64,000 nucleotides of DNA from an uncultured Lachnospiraceae bacterium. GTDB taxonomy: Bacteria; Bacillota; Clostridia; Lachnospirales; Lachnospiraceae. The position numbers and the translations under genes are program-made. Below are positions 1-9,318 of this stretch, piece after piece. The notes under the pieces were generated by a model. It ran no database searches, had not been told where the DNA came from, and saw nothing but the letters and a program-made list of their open reading frames with translations. The stretch's first letter is position 1. Each line of letters starts with the position of its first letter. Location of the stretch: the NCBI GenBank assembly GCA_947626965.1, contig CANQUH010000002.1:1-64000 (forward strand), given 5' to 3'.

Positions 1-485
1 ACGACCGCGATGATCATCCACAGCGTCATCGTTTTCGCGGAACCGAGCATGCCGTTAAACAGCTCGCTTGTCTGATGGGAATACAGAATTTCCTTTGTGA
101 AATCCCCGCGGATGCTGCGGAAGCAGTAATACATCATCCACCCGGCAACCATCGTGTAGAACATCATCAGCAGGTAGTTGCCGGCCATGCCGAACCATCC
201 AAAATGATGCCATCTCGTTCCTTCCGGCTCCAGTACGCGGAACGAAGACGCACAGCTCTTCTGGCTGCCTCGTCCAACCGAAAACTCGCAGACCATGATC
301 GGCCACCCGAGCAGCGCCAGAAATACCAGATAAATCAGTATGAATGCCGCACCGCCGTACTTGCCGGTCATGTACGGAAACTTCCATACGTTACCAAGTC
401 CTACTGCGCAGCCTGCTGACACCAGGATAAACCCGATGCGGCTGCCAAATTTCTCTCTCTTCTTCACCTTGTTTCTCCTTTTCAT
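1..485 (-). CDS. Sodium-dependent transporter, NSS/SNF family (neurotransmitter:sodium symporter). Partial; C-terminus lies outside the window.
   Basis: Not in the ORF track because it is partial. Own translation of the minus strand from ATG at 485..483 gives MKRRNKVKKREKFGSRIGFILVSAGCAVGLGNVWKFPYMTGKYGGAAFILIYLVFLALLGWPIMVCEF..., which carries the NSS signature GLGNVWRFPY. The frame stays open to position 1. Confidence 0.85.
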   Translation of the reverse strand, partial: MKRRNKVKKREKFGSRIGFILVSAGCAVGLGNVWKFPYMTGKYGGAAFILIYLVFLALLGWPIMVCEFSVGRGSQKSCASSFRVLEPEGTRWHHFGWFGMAGNYLLMMFYTMVAGWMMYYCFRSIRGDFTKEILYSHQTSELFNGMLGSAKTMTLWMIIAV

Positions 486-920
486 TAACGTATTGGCCTG
501 CTAAAGCACCATGGATAAGTATACAGGTTTGTGCAACACCTGTCAATTCCAAGTTCCACTCTTTCTGGTACTTTTACACATACCGAAAGGTATTATTCTA
601 TATTCTTTCTGCCGAAATATACAAATAAACCAGATTCGCAGGTACATACAAGACCCGCTCCCGGTTCTTACGCACTGGACTTGGGGCTGCGTCAGCAGGC
701 ATCTTCAAATCATTTCCTGCCTGATCGAGCAAAAGGCGGTTTTTTCCTCCTGTTTGCTGCATGGTCCATATGCTGCGCCAGCAGCTGATTTCCATATGCG
801 GACCTGCGCAAAATATGGAAAAACGGGAAAAATCCAGCTGTTTCCGGATTCTCCCCGTTTTTACAGAACAGGCAGCTTCCGGCCATAATTCCTCAGCCTC
901 CCGTTCTTAACAAAATTCTT

Positions 921-1358
921 TTATTTGCAAAGCTCTCCGACCACCTGATTGATCACCTTTCCGTCAGCCTTCCCTTTCAGATCACCCATGACGGCTTTCA
1001 TGATCTGGCCCTTGTTCTTCGTCGCCGCCACCTCAGCAAACTTATCGAGAATATACGCCTTGATCTCATCGGCTGACATCATGGCCGGCGCGTACTCCGA
1101 AATCACCTGATAGCGGAACGTGTACTCCGCCTTCAGCTCCGGGCGGCTGTCCGGGCAGGTATCAACCTGCTCTTTCGCCGTCTTCTGTTCTTTTAAAATC
1201 GCACGGACGACCAGCTCTTCCGGAATATCGTCACGGCAGCCTTCGTCGATCGCAAGCTTCTTGACCGCGGAGATCAGAGAAGAGATTGCTTCTTTCCTCG
1301 GCTTATCCTTTGCCTTCATCGCCGCTACCATGTCTTTTCTCAGTAATTCAATGTCCAT
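921..1358 (-). CDS. GatB/YqeY domain protein
   Basis: MDIELLRKDMVAAMKAKDKPRKEAISSLISAVKK... is typical of the YqeY family. Start taken at the ATG at 1358 with AGGAGGG 6 nt upstream; the ORF-track start at 1382 has no RBS. Confidence 0.8.
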   Translation of the reverse strand: MDIELLRKDMVAAMKAKDKPRKEAISSLISAVKKLAIDEGCRDDIPEELVVRAILKEQKTAKEQVDTCPDSRPELKAEYTFRYQVISEYAPAMMSADEIKAYILDKFAEVAATKNKGQIMKAVMGDLKGKADGKVINQVVGELCK

Positions 1359-1513
1359 TATTGTCCCTCCTGCTTCAAACAAAATTAATTCGTCATATTT
1401 ATCATCATACCATCAATGATGTAAAATTTCAATCCATCTTTTTGTTTGAAGATTTACTGTTGATTTTTCACTATCAGCTGGGTATATCATGATCCTTCAA
1501 AATGGCAATTTTT

Positions 1514-1541
1514 GTTGACTATCGCAGTAAATTGAGTATAA
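1514..1541 (+). promoter_or_regulatory. Sigma-A type promoter: TTGACT, 16 nt spacer, TATAAT. Feeds a roughly 300-nt leader upstream of the S8 protease gene.
   Basis: TTGACT at 1514-1519 and TATAAT at 1536-1541, read directly. Confidence 0.55.
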
Positions 1542-1836
1542 TATAACCAGGAGCAGAGATGGTTTCGGTATAAAAGTATCATTAAAAACTGTACTGTATA
1601 GGAAACAGGCTGAACTTCCATCTCATCAGAATGTTTTGATCGGCTTTTTTAAGAAACTCTCAGGGGAGTGTGTATTTACCACATTCCTCTTTGCATATGA
1701 GGTACAAAGAGCGGCAAAAGCAAAAAAGCAGCCGCTGTAATCAGAAAACAGGAAGGAGGTGCCGTGGATTTTTATTAATTTCAGGCAAGAGAAAAAACAT
1801 CATAAAGGATATGAAAAACAGGGAGGATAATGTTTT

Positions 1837-4506
1837 ATGAAAAAGAAATTCAAATTATTGATGCAGATTTTTCTGCTGGTCCTGCTGCTCCTGCCGGTTC
1901 AGGGCCGGGAGGTCCAGGCAGCCGGTCTCAAGACACCTGCGCTTGTAAAGGTGGTTTCCGTAAACTACAGCACGCTGAAGGTTCAGTGGAAAAAGGTTTC
2001 AGGCGCCGCCGGATACCGCGTTTTCCGAAAGAGCGGGAATTCCGCGTACAAGAAAATCGCGGACGTTGCAGGAAACAAAACAGAATACTCTGACCAGAAA
2101 GTACAGACAGGTACAAAGTATACCTATACAGTCAGAGCTTATAAAGGATCTGTGATGAGCGGATTTTCCAGCAAGGGAATCAGCGGCACCGCACAGCTTG
2201 AAAAACCGGCGATCAAAAGCATAACCGCCGGAAGCAGCAATCAGCTGACGATAACCTGGGGAAAGGTAGACGGAGCCTCTGGTTATGTGGTCTGCCGGGC
2301 TGTCGGCACGTCTGGCAAGCTCAGCGTCCTGAAAACGCTGGGGGCGGGCGTTGTTTCCTACACGGATACAGGGCTGGAAAGCGGAAGCACTTATTATTAT
2401 TCGATCCGCGCCTGGCGGAATGTAGGCGGGAAAAAGGTATACAGCGCCTATTCCGCAAAAAAGGGAAAAAAGACAGCGGAAGAATCCATGAGCTTTGAAG
2501 CGTTTGCCAAGACAGTGGCTGAGCTGATCAAAAAATACAACATCGATCTTGGAAATATCGGAGATATTAAAGATAAGTTCTTCTCCAAAAGGCTGATCGT
2601 AAAAGCAAAGAGCAGCGACGTTTCCTTTGAGAAGTATAATCCTCTTGTAATTCTTAAGGGACCTGAAAATCTGTGTCTGCTGCAGTTTGAAACAGAAGAG
2701 GATACGAGACGTGCGCTTCAGGAACTGAAAGGTTCCTCCAAGGTACAGTATGTGGAGGCGGACAGCGTTTCTTCCACCGACGGCACCTCCTTCGGTGCGG
2801 CAGCCACGCAGCATAAGTCCTGGGGAGTAGAAAAGATAAATGCGGATGCATATGCACAGTACGTGGCTTCCGTGACAAACAGCAGCATCAAAGTAGCCGT
2901 GGTGGACAGCGGCGTTTCCACTCATCCATTCCTCAGCGGGAGACTGGATGCCGGAGGATATGATTTTGTGGATGTGGATTCTGATCCGTCTGATCAGAAC
3001 GGACACGGAACTCACGTGTCGGGAACGATTGTAGATTGTACGCCCGGACTGAATGTAAAGATTCTGCCTGTGCGCGTGTTGGACAGACGCGGAAGCGGCT
3101 ACACATCCGTTGTGGCTTCCGGTATCCGTTATGCCGCTGATCATGGCGCCAAAGTAATCAATCTGAGTCTGGGAGGCGGACACAGCAGTCTGCTCGACGA
3201 GATGATTAACTACGCGATCAAAAAGGGAGTGACGGTAGTAGTTGCTGCGGGAAATGAATACGGCGATACCAGTACTGCCTGCCCCGCTCATATGACCAAT
3301 GCCATTGTCGTCGGCGCGGTGGATTCCAGTAACAGAAAAGCCGATTTTTCCAATACAGGAAAATCTCTGGACGTGGTGGCCCCGGGAGTAAACATTGTGA
3401 GCAGCGTGCCGGGAGGCGGTTATGCGTCTTATGACGGAACTTCCATGGCGACCCCGCATGTAGCAGCGGTCGCGGCCATGATCAAGCTGGTCAGCCCGGG
3501 AAAAACTCCCGCACAGGTAGAGGCGCTGATCAAGAAAAATACGCAGGATCTGGGAAGCAGCGGATGGGATTCCAGCTATGGCTACGGCATTCCGAAACTG
3601 AATCCTCCTTCTCAGCCGGAAAAAGTGGTTCTGGACAGAACCTCTGCTTCTCTGAAAGTGGGCGGAACCCTGACCCTGAAGGCTTCTGTACAGCCTGACT
3701 ACGCCAGCCAGAGTGTAACCTGGAGCAGCAGCAATACAAGAATAGCCACGGTAGACAGCAGCGGCGTTGTAACAGCAAAAGCAGAAGGTACCGCGAACAT
3801 TACCGCCAGCACGGGAAATGGAAAGAAGGCTTCCTGTACGGTTAAGGTGACACCGAACGAGGTTCCGGTAACCGGAATTACAATAAACAAAACTTCTGCC
3901 TCTCTGAAAGTAGGCGGGACAGTTACCCTGTCAGCGACGGTTTCACCTTCCAATGCCACGGACCGGACGGTAACCTGGAGCAGCAATGACGTGGGTACAG
4001 CCTCTGTCAATAATAATGGAGTTGTTACTGCCAATTCCAAAGGTGAGGCTGTGATAACCGCCACGACAAGCAATGGAAAATCGGCTTCCTGTACGGTGAC
4101 TGTAACAGACGGCACCGTTGAGATTAATCTGGACAAGAGATTCTATACCTGCAAGTCCGGAGATGAGCTGATGATCGAAGCCGAGATCATTCTGCCTGAA
4201 AAGGTTACGCTGAATCAGAGGAAATATATCTTATTTACCGCAGTTATGGGTCTGGGCTGGAAACAGCTGAGCGCTTACAACGTGGGCGGAACCAGAGAAT
4301 ACCTGGAGCCCAGGGAGGCAGGCAAAACCACAATTTACTCCTGCGTTCCTCAGGGGAACAAGCTCACCATAAAAATGGGCATCGATACCAGCGAAATGAA
4401 AGCAAGTGCTCTGATGAAAATGCTCAAGCTTGCAATATTCCCCTACAATAATTTCTCGGCAGGCAAGAGTATGCACGATGAAATCTTCTTCGTTTCAGTA
4501 AAATAA
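1837..4506 (+). CDS. Secreted S8 family serine peptidase (subtilisin-like). N-terminal signal peptide, three Fn3-like domains and an I9 propeptide; C-terminal two Big_2 Ig-like domains.
   Basis: Catalytic triad motifs present: VAVVDSG (Asp), HGTHVSGTI (His), GTSMATPHVAAVAAM (Ser). Signal peptide MKKKFKLLMQIFLLVLLLLPVQG. RBS GGAGGATAATG precedes the start. GYRVFRK motifs mark the Fn3 domains. LKVGGTLTLKASV...VTWSSSN is repeated twice, matching Big_2. Confidence 0.9.
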   Translation: MKKKFKLLMQIFLLVLLLLPVQGREVQAAGLKTPALVKVVSVNYSTLKVQWKKVSGAAGYRVFRKSGNSAYKKIADVAGNKTEYSDQKVQTGTKYTYTVRAYKGSVMSGFSSKGISGTAQLEKPAIKSITAGSSNQLTITWGKVDGASGYVVCRAVGTSGKLSVLKTLGAGVVSYTDTGLESGSTYYYSIRAWRNVGGKKVYSAYSAKKGKKTAEESMSFEAFAKTVAELIKKYNIDLGNIGDIKDKFFSKRLIVKAKSSDVSFEKYNPLVILKGPENLCLLQFETEEDTRRALQELKGSSKVQYVEADSVSSTDGTSFGAAATQHKSWGVEKINADAYAQYVASVTNSSIKVAVVDSGVSTHPFLSGRLDAGGYDFVDVDSDPSDQNGHGTHVSGTIVDCTPGLNVKILPVRVLDRRGSGYTSVVASGIRYAADHGAKVINLSLGGGHSSLLDEMINYAIKKGVTVVVAAGNEYGDTSTACPAHMTNAIVVGAVDSSNRKADFSNTGKSLDVVAPGVNIVSSVPGGGYASYDGTSMATPHVAAVAAMIKLVSPGKTPAQVEALIKKNTQDLGSSGWDSSYGYGIPKLNPPSQPEKVVLDRTSASLKVGGTLTLKASVQPDYASQSVTWSSSNTRIATVDSSGVVTAKAEGTANITASTGNGKKASCTVKVTPNEVPVTGITINKTSASLKVGGTVTLSATVSPSNATDRTVTWSSNDVGTASVNNNGVVTANSKGEAVITATTSNGKSASCTVTVTDGTVEINLDKRFYTCKSGDELMIEAEIILPEKVTLNQRKYILFTAVMGLGWKQLSAYNVGGTREYLEPREAGKTTIYSCVPQGNKLTIKMGIDTSEMKASALMKMLKLAIFPYNNFSAGKSMHDEIFFVSVK

Positions 4507-4519
4507 AATCAAACAAATC

Positions 4520-4552
4520 AGAAGAGTGTGGTTCTTATCACACTCTTCTTAT
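4520..4552 (+). terminator. Stem-loop downstream of the protease gene, probable terminator.
   Basis: agaagagtgtgg-ttcttat-cacactcttct hairpin followed by tatatg. Confidence 0.45.
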
Positions 4553-4613
4553 ATGAAGGAAAAAACTTTTTACACCGGACAGGTTTAGACCGGGACAGAA
4601 TGGAGTGACATAA

Positions 4614-5318
4614 ATGAAACCTGTGATTGGAATTGTACCGCTTGTTGATATGGAAAAAGAGAGCTACTGGATGCTTCCGGGCTACATGGAAGGCGTCGCA
4701 CAGGCCGGCGGCCTGCCGCTGATGCTGCCGCTCACTGACGAAGCAGCAGATCTGGATCAGATTCTTTCTATGTGCAGCGGTTTTTTGTTTACCGGAGGAC
4801 ATGACGTCTCCCCGGAACTTTACGGCGAGGAAAAACTTCCGCAGTGTGCCGAGTGCTGTCCTGCGCGCGACCGGATGGAACTCCCGCTTCTCAAAAAGGC
4901 TCTCGCCGCGGATAAACCGATCCTCGGCATCTGCCGCGGCATCCAGTTTTTCAACGCGGCGCTGGGAGGAACACTGTATCAGGATCTCCCGACACAGCAT
5001 CCGTCCGATCTCACACACCGGCAGAGCGCTCCATACGACGTCCCTGTTCATGAAGTGATCATTGAGGCAGGTTCTCCGCTGCATGAACTTCTGAAGACTG
5101 ACCGTCTTCCTGTAAACAGCTGCCACCATCAGGCAATCAGGACACTCTCCCCGCAGCTTCAGCCGATGGCTTATGCACCGGACGGCCTGGTTGAGGCTGT
5201 TTGTATGCCGGAGAAACGCTTTGTATGGGCCGTGCAGTGGCATCCGGAATTTTCCTGGCGCACGGACGCGCAGAGCAGGAAGATCTTTCAGGCGTTTGTG
5301 GACGCGCAGAACCGGTAA
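4614..5318 (+). CDS. Gamma-glutamyl-gamma-aminobutyrate hydrolase family protein (peptidase C26, class I glutamine amidotransferase-like).
   Basis: MKPVIGIVPLVDMEKESYWMLPGYMEG...GICRGIQFFNAALGGTLYQDL...WAVQWHPEF matches the PuuD/C26 family. Confidence 0.8.
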   Translation: MKPVIGIVPLVDMEKESYWMLPGYMEGVAQAGGLPLMLPLTDEAADLDQILSMCSGFLFTGGHDVSPELYGEEKLPQCAECCPARDRMELPLLKKALAADKPILGICRGIQFFNAALGGTLYQDLPTQHPSDLTHRQSAPYDVPVHEVIIEAGSPLHELLKTDRLPVNSCHHQAIRTLSPQLQPMAYAPDGLVEAVCMPEKRFVWAVQWHPEFSWRTDAQSRKIFQAFVDAQNR

Positions 5319-5387
5319 TTCTTTCCAGGATCACACTCGCAGAGCCGGCAGCAGCGCTCCACGATACAAAAAAACCGAAAAATTATG

Positions 5388-5422
5388 CGGCGGCAGAAGA
5401 TGTCAATTTCTTCTGACCGCCG
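5388..5422 (-). terminator. Rho-independent terminator for the SPFH-module operon; may also act on the plus strand.
   Basis: ggcggcagaaga-tgtcaatt-tcttctgaccgcc hairpin. On the minus strand it is followed by TTTTTCGGTTTTTTT. Confidence 0.6.
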
Positions 5423-5434
5423 TATTCTGATTAA

Positions 5435-6091
5435 TCATTCACTTAACGGGGAACCGCAAAAATCACATTCTCCAATTTCCCCTTTTACAATTCTGCTTCT
5501 GCCGCCACAGCAGGGACAAATGCGGACGACGAATTCCGGCTGGATTGTATTGGAAACTTCGTTTTCTGGCCGGGCTGTATCAGAAGCCGTGTTTTCCGGC
5601 TGGATTGTATTAGAAGCCGTATTTTCCGACTGGATCGTGCCAGAAACCGTGTTTCCTGAAGTCTGAGCCTGCTGCTGTACTTTTTGGGCCATGGCGGGAA
5701 GTACCAGCTGATTGGCCTGCTCATTGATAAACGCATTTGTAAAGAACTTCTTTTTGATCATATATTTAAGATTTTTCTTTACTGTATCAACGGATGTGCC
5801 TGTCGCAGATGCAAGATTCTCCAGCGAGCCTGACGGATCAACAGACAGCTGTGTTACATATTTCTTAAATTCAAGACGCATCTTAGTTCTCTTCCTGCCT
5901 GCTCTGAATATCATGATTCCTATAACACAAAAAACCCATACCATAATAATTTCCTCAATAAGTTCTTTCTGATCATCAAACATAGCATACAATGCCAAGT
6001 ATCCAAAAAGTGCCGCACAGCAAAATCCTACAATTTTCTCAACTTTTTCAATAATCTGGCTGACAACGATAGATGCTTTTGATTTATTCAT
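5435..6091 (-). CDS. Membrane protein with a C-terminal zinc ribbon (CPCCGG...CDFCG) and internal 10-aa tandem repeats. Third gene of the SPFH module, YdjG-like.
   Basis: TM helices are at the N-terminus. Four 30-bp DNA repeats at 5520-5650 encode the ENTASNTIQP-like units. The C-terminus reads ICPCCGGRSRIVKGEIGECDFCGSP. Confidence 0.5.
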   Translation of the reverse strand: MNKSKASIVVSQIIEKVEKIVGFCCAALFGYLALYAMFDDQKELIEEIIMVWVFCVIGIMIFRAGRKRTKMRLEFKKYVTQLSVDPSGSLENLASATGTSVDTVKKNLKYMIKKKFFTNAFINEQANQLVLPAMAQKVQQQAQTSGNTVSGTIQSENTASNTIQPENTASDTARPENEVSNTIQPEFVVRICPCCGGRSRIVKGEIGECDFCGSPLSE

Positions 6092-6143
6092 ACTTCTATA
6101 CCTCTCTTCTCTTAAATTGTAAATTTTATAAACTTGACGCGGT

Positions 6144-6830
6144 TCAGATCCCGCCTTGTTTTAAAGCACGTACTTGCAGGTTCCGTTTTTTGATAAGCAG
6201 TTCTATATCCTGCAATGCTTTTGAAAATTCGTTCTCCTTTTCATCGTCTGACTGCACAAGAGTCTGCAAAGCGTCAATCGCATTGCAAATCTCTGCATCC
6301 GCTTCTGTTATTTCAGATATATCAGAAAAACGCAGGTCTTCGATCACTTTGTCCACATCCGTTTTCTTTTCTGCCTGCTCCCTCAGAAGCGTCAGCTGGT
6401 CTATGGCATACTGAACTGTGCGGCCGGCCTCCAGAACTTTTTCCTCCTGTTTCCTTAATCCTGAAGAAAGATTACGAATTATCAGACAAACCGTCAGTAC
6501 AAGAACCAGCAAAATAATCTGAAATACCAGAAAACCTCGAACAGCTGCCGTATGCATCCTCATGAAAAACAACGATGATGCAAAAACTGTTACTGTATAA
6601 ATACCAAGCGAAACACCCATACCCGCCCACGACAAGAGTTTTGATGATTTCTCTGCTCTGGAATCGATCAGTATAAATCCCACAAAAAATACGATTTCAG
6701 AATACAGCAGAAAACACAGACCAAGGACTGTTGACGGAAACAGAGTCGGGCTCAGAATCAAATAGACTGCTATGGAACCAAGAAGAACTATACACCCAAT
6801 AATCAGTAAAGTTTTGGCTCGTTTACTCAT
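6144..6830 (-). CDS. Polytopic membrane protein with a C-terminal coiled-coil. Middle gene of the SPFH module, YdjH-like.
   Basis: Start ATG at 6830 with GAGGTGAT 5 nt upstream, 6 nt after the stop of the preceding gene. Four hydrophobic helices are followed by a charged, helix-prone tail. Confidence 0.5.
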   Translation of the reverse strand: MSKRAKTLLIIGCIVLLGSIAVYLILSPTLFPSTVLGLCFLLYSEIVFFVGFILIDSRAEKSSKLLSWAGMGVSLGIYTVTVFASSLFFMRMHTAAVRGFLVFQIILLVLVLTVCLIIRNLSSGLRKQEEKVLEAGRTVQYAIDQLTLLREQAEKKTDVDKVIEDLRFSDISEITEADAEICNAIDALQTLVQSDDEKENEFSKALQDIELLIKKRNLQVRALKQGGI

Positions 6831-6835
6831 ATGGA

Positions 6836-8152
6836 TCACCTCAGCTTTTCTCCGCAATCGGGACAAAATTTCGGATTGCCGTCAATCGGCTTCCCGCATT
6901 TCGTACAACGTTTCACCATTGATTCGCCGCATTCCGGGCAGAATTTTGTTCCCTCCTGCACAACTGCTCCGCACCTCGGACATTTCTTTGGAACTTTGTA
7001 TCCACACTCCGGGCAGGACTCGGCTCCTTCCGGTATATCAGAACCGCATTCCGGACAGGGATTTATTTTATTGCCGCACTCTGGACAGAATTTTGTATTC
7101 CTTATAACCGCTCCGCATTTCGAACATTTTGCAATCTTCTTTTGCTCATTTCTCTGATTTTCATCCTCAAGCGGTTTCTGTATATCAAATCCGCATGAGC
7201 TGCAGAATCTCTGCCCCTGCAAGACTTTCGCATGGCATCTCGGACATTTTATCTGAGGCTCTTCATTAGAAATGGAAACCTCTTTTACCAGATTTGACAT
7301 AGAGCTGGCCATTGCGCCGCCTGCGCCAACCCCCATGCCTATTCCCATGCCAACTCCCATGAATGGCATAGCGCCCAGGCTGTCATTCTGAACAGCAGAT
7401 CTCATTGTGTCAAAAGAACGTTCCTGCTGGTAACTATATCCGATGATGTTCATTTCAGCTTTCTTGGCAAGAGCCTCTTTTAATTTGCGAACTGCCTGAT
7501 CTTCCTCAGGTGTACTGATCTCATTCACATAGAAACTCACCAGCCTGATCCCATACTCTGCCATTTCCGGTTCAATACGTGATTTCATATGAGCAGATAA
7601 TTCATCAATGTAAGCATTTATCTCTAAAACACTGATTGATTTCCTCACAACATACGCCGCTATTGCGTCCTTGACTTTCGCTATATAAAGTCCGCGAAAA
7701 TACCGGATAATGCTCCGTTCATCAAAACCTGGCGCTGTACCCACCAATTTAACCAGAAATTTCTTTGCTTCCTCAATCTGGATTCCAAACATTCCATTTG
7801 AACGGACTGGTACAAACACACCATATTTAGGATCCTGAATCTGGATTGGAGAAGCAGTGCCCCATTTAATATCCAGTTTAAACCGCTTGTTGACATACCA
7901 AACCTCCGCGGTAAACGGTGAATGTCCTCCAAAAGGCAGATTAATTATCTTGTTAAGGACTGGAATATTACCTGTCTCCAGTGTATGTCGTCCACTCGGA
8001 AACACATCAAGAGCCTTGCCTCCCTTGAATAAAACAGCCTCCTGGGACTCGTTCACGATAAGCTGCGTCCATGTACCCAGCTCTTCACTCGGATATTTCC
8101 ACGCGAAAACATCAGGTGGGCCATCATATTTCACTATTTCTGCAATTGCCAT
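6836..8152 (-). CDS. SPFH/Band-7 domain protein with five C-terminal double zinc-ribbon repeats (COG4260 virion-core-protein-like, YdjI-like).
   Basis: N-terminal MAIAEIVKYDGPPDVFAWKYPSEELGTWTQLIVNESQEAVLFKGGKALDVF is the SPFH/COG4260 start. The C-terminal about 130 aa carry CxxC...CxxC five times, for example CPRCGAVVQEGTKFCPECG. Confidence 0.75.
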   Translation of the reverse strand: MAIAEIVKYDGPPDVFAWKYPSEELGTWTQLIVNESQEAVLFKGGKALDVFPSGRHTLETGNIPVLNKIINLPFGGHSPFTAEVWYVNKRFKLDIKWGTASPIQIQDPKYGVFVPVRSNGMFGIQIEEAKKFLVKLVGTAPGFDERSIIRYFRGLYIAKVKDAIAAYVVRKSISVLEINAYIDELSAHMKSRIEPEMAEYGIRLVSFYVNEISTPEEDQAVRKLKEALAKKAEMNIIGYSYQQERSFDTMRSAVQNDSLGAMPFMGVGMGIGMGVGAGGAMASSMSNLVKEVSISNEEPQIKCPRCHAKVLQGQRFCSSCGFDIQKPLEDENQRNEQKKIAKCSKCGAVIRNTKFCPECGNKINPCPECGSDIPEGAESCPECGYKVPKKCPRCGAVVQEGTKFCPECGESMVKRCTKCGKPIDGNPKFCPDCGEKLR

Positions 8153-8396
8153 ATGTAATCTTCCTTTCCTTCATCCTCGTTCCTCCTTCAAATAATTTCC
8201 AGTTTCATGTATACCATTCTCATTTGCGAGTATCTTATGTATACATTATATACTCTGTACATCATTCATGCAAGAGTAATTTTCCGATATAATTATACTA
8301 AAAAATGCCTTCGGCATATCAGGCCCCCTGCTCCTCATTCATGAGGGAAGAAGGTATTTTTTATGCGCGAGCAGGCTGCGAAAGAGGAGGCTTGTC

Positions 8397-8621
8397 ATGG
8401 TTCGTCTGCGGATACTGGAAATTTTAAAAGAACAAAATCATACAAAATACTGGCTTTACAGGCAGATGGATTTAAGCTACCAGAATTTTAACCGTATGGT
8501 GACAAATCAAACTACCTCCATTCATTTCGAAAATCTCGACACATTGAGCACTCTGCTGCATTGTTCCGTCGGCGATTTGTTTGAAAAAATAAATGAGGAT
8601 GCCCTAGACGAAGATTCTTAA
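8397..8621 (+). CDS. XRE-family (Cro/CI-like) helix-turn-helix transcriptional regulator, 74 aa.
   Basis: MVRLRILEILKEQNHTKYWLYRQMDLSYQNFNRMVTNQTTSIHFENLDTLSTLLHCSVGDLF is a canonical HTH_XRE. RBS GAGGAGG. Divergent from the SPFH operon. Confidence 0.75.
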   Translation: MVRLRILEILKEQNHTKYWLYRQMDLSYQNFNRMVTNQTTSIHFENLDTLSTLLHCSVGDLFEKINEDALDEDS

Positions 8622-8665
8622 ACCATCTGAATCCATATGCAGCAGAAAAACTGAAATAATTTTAC

Positions 8666-8697
8666 TGGCGGCCACCATATCAGCCGCCATTTTTATG
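8666..8697 (+). terminator. Terminator of the XRE gene.
   Basis: tggcggc-caccatatca-gccgcca followed by ttttta. Confidence 0.6.
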
Positions 8698-8767
8698 CCT
8701 TAGTATGCAAGGCGAGTTGCCGATGACAGGTCGTCTGCATTACTATTTTCTTACTCTGTCTGGTTTT

Positions 8768-9034
8768 CTACCCTGTTATACACCCCATAAGCAGCCTGAC
8801 CGCAAGGTGAAATCCCTCCACAAATCCATTCTCTTCCGCACCGGACGCAATCATAAACAAATCACTGCGAAACTCCGCGTATTCCCAGTCTTCTGACCCT
8901 GTTCGTCTTCTTTCTTCAAGAAAATCCAGGACGATCTTTTCCGTCTCTCTGCTGACTTTCCTGTTCCGGTCCTCCTTCTTCACTACATTCTCATATAAAT
9001 CCCGTATTATTTCATTCGTAATTTTTGAAAACAT
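8768..9034 (-). CDS. Hypothetical protein, 88 aa, convergent with the XRE gene.
   Basis: ORF with ATG at 9034. The ORF-track start at 9058 is a TTG. No recognisable motif, so coding status is uncertain. Confidence 0.35.
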   Translation of the reverse strand: MFSKITNEIIRDLYENVVKKEDRNRKVSRETEKIVLDFLEERRRTGSEDWEYAEFRSDLFMIASGAEENGFVEGFHLAVRLLMGCITG

Positions 9035-9318
9035 AATGTGATTTTTTACCTCCTCCAAGCGTACTTATCGCTCGCCCTGGTACTGCCCTGCGTAAATTCC
9101 GGCGAATCAAAGACCCCGCTGCAAGTAACGGGGTATCAATCAGCTGGGGCAGAATTCACTGTTAATTGCGCAGGACAGTGTCAGTCTTGTCTTCATACAA
9201 AAAGGCCTCCGGTAAAATTACCGAAAGCCCTGGTTTCATTTTGCTTTTGCAGTTTTTTCCTGTAAAATCAGATATGTGTCAAACTTTTTAGGAACATACA
9301 TTGTTGAAATTTCTCTAT

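Noticed and set aside
1999-3459. 486-aa ORF antisense to the S8 protease gene. Similar long antisense or alternative-frame ORFs: 10081-11205 versus dnaX; 15691-17244 and 17281-17985 versus gdpP; 27116-28369 versus aroA; 47035-48042 versus nfo; 50696-52498 versus the ABC-ATPase gene; 55056-57023 and 55327-56550 versus the repeat protein; 12733-13665 versus GDPD; 18188-18922 and 19334-20254 versus the OLD nuclease.
   Set aside because: Each is fully nested opposite a gene with strong, motif-level protein evidence. High GC and repeat content generate long stop-free shadow frames. None has an RBS or recognisable domain.
9035-9058. Extended starts given by the ORF track at TTG/GTG codons: 9058 for the orphan ORF, 30702 for the kinase-like gene, 12671 for pfkA, 33591 for ispE, 35713 for malQ, 41312 for murC.
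   Set aside because: Internal ATG codons with correctly spaced GGAGG-type RBSs and family-typical N-termini are better supported. The extensions lie in intergenic leaders.
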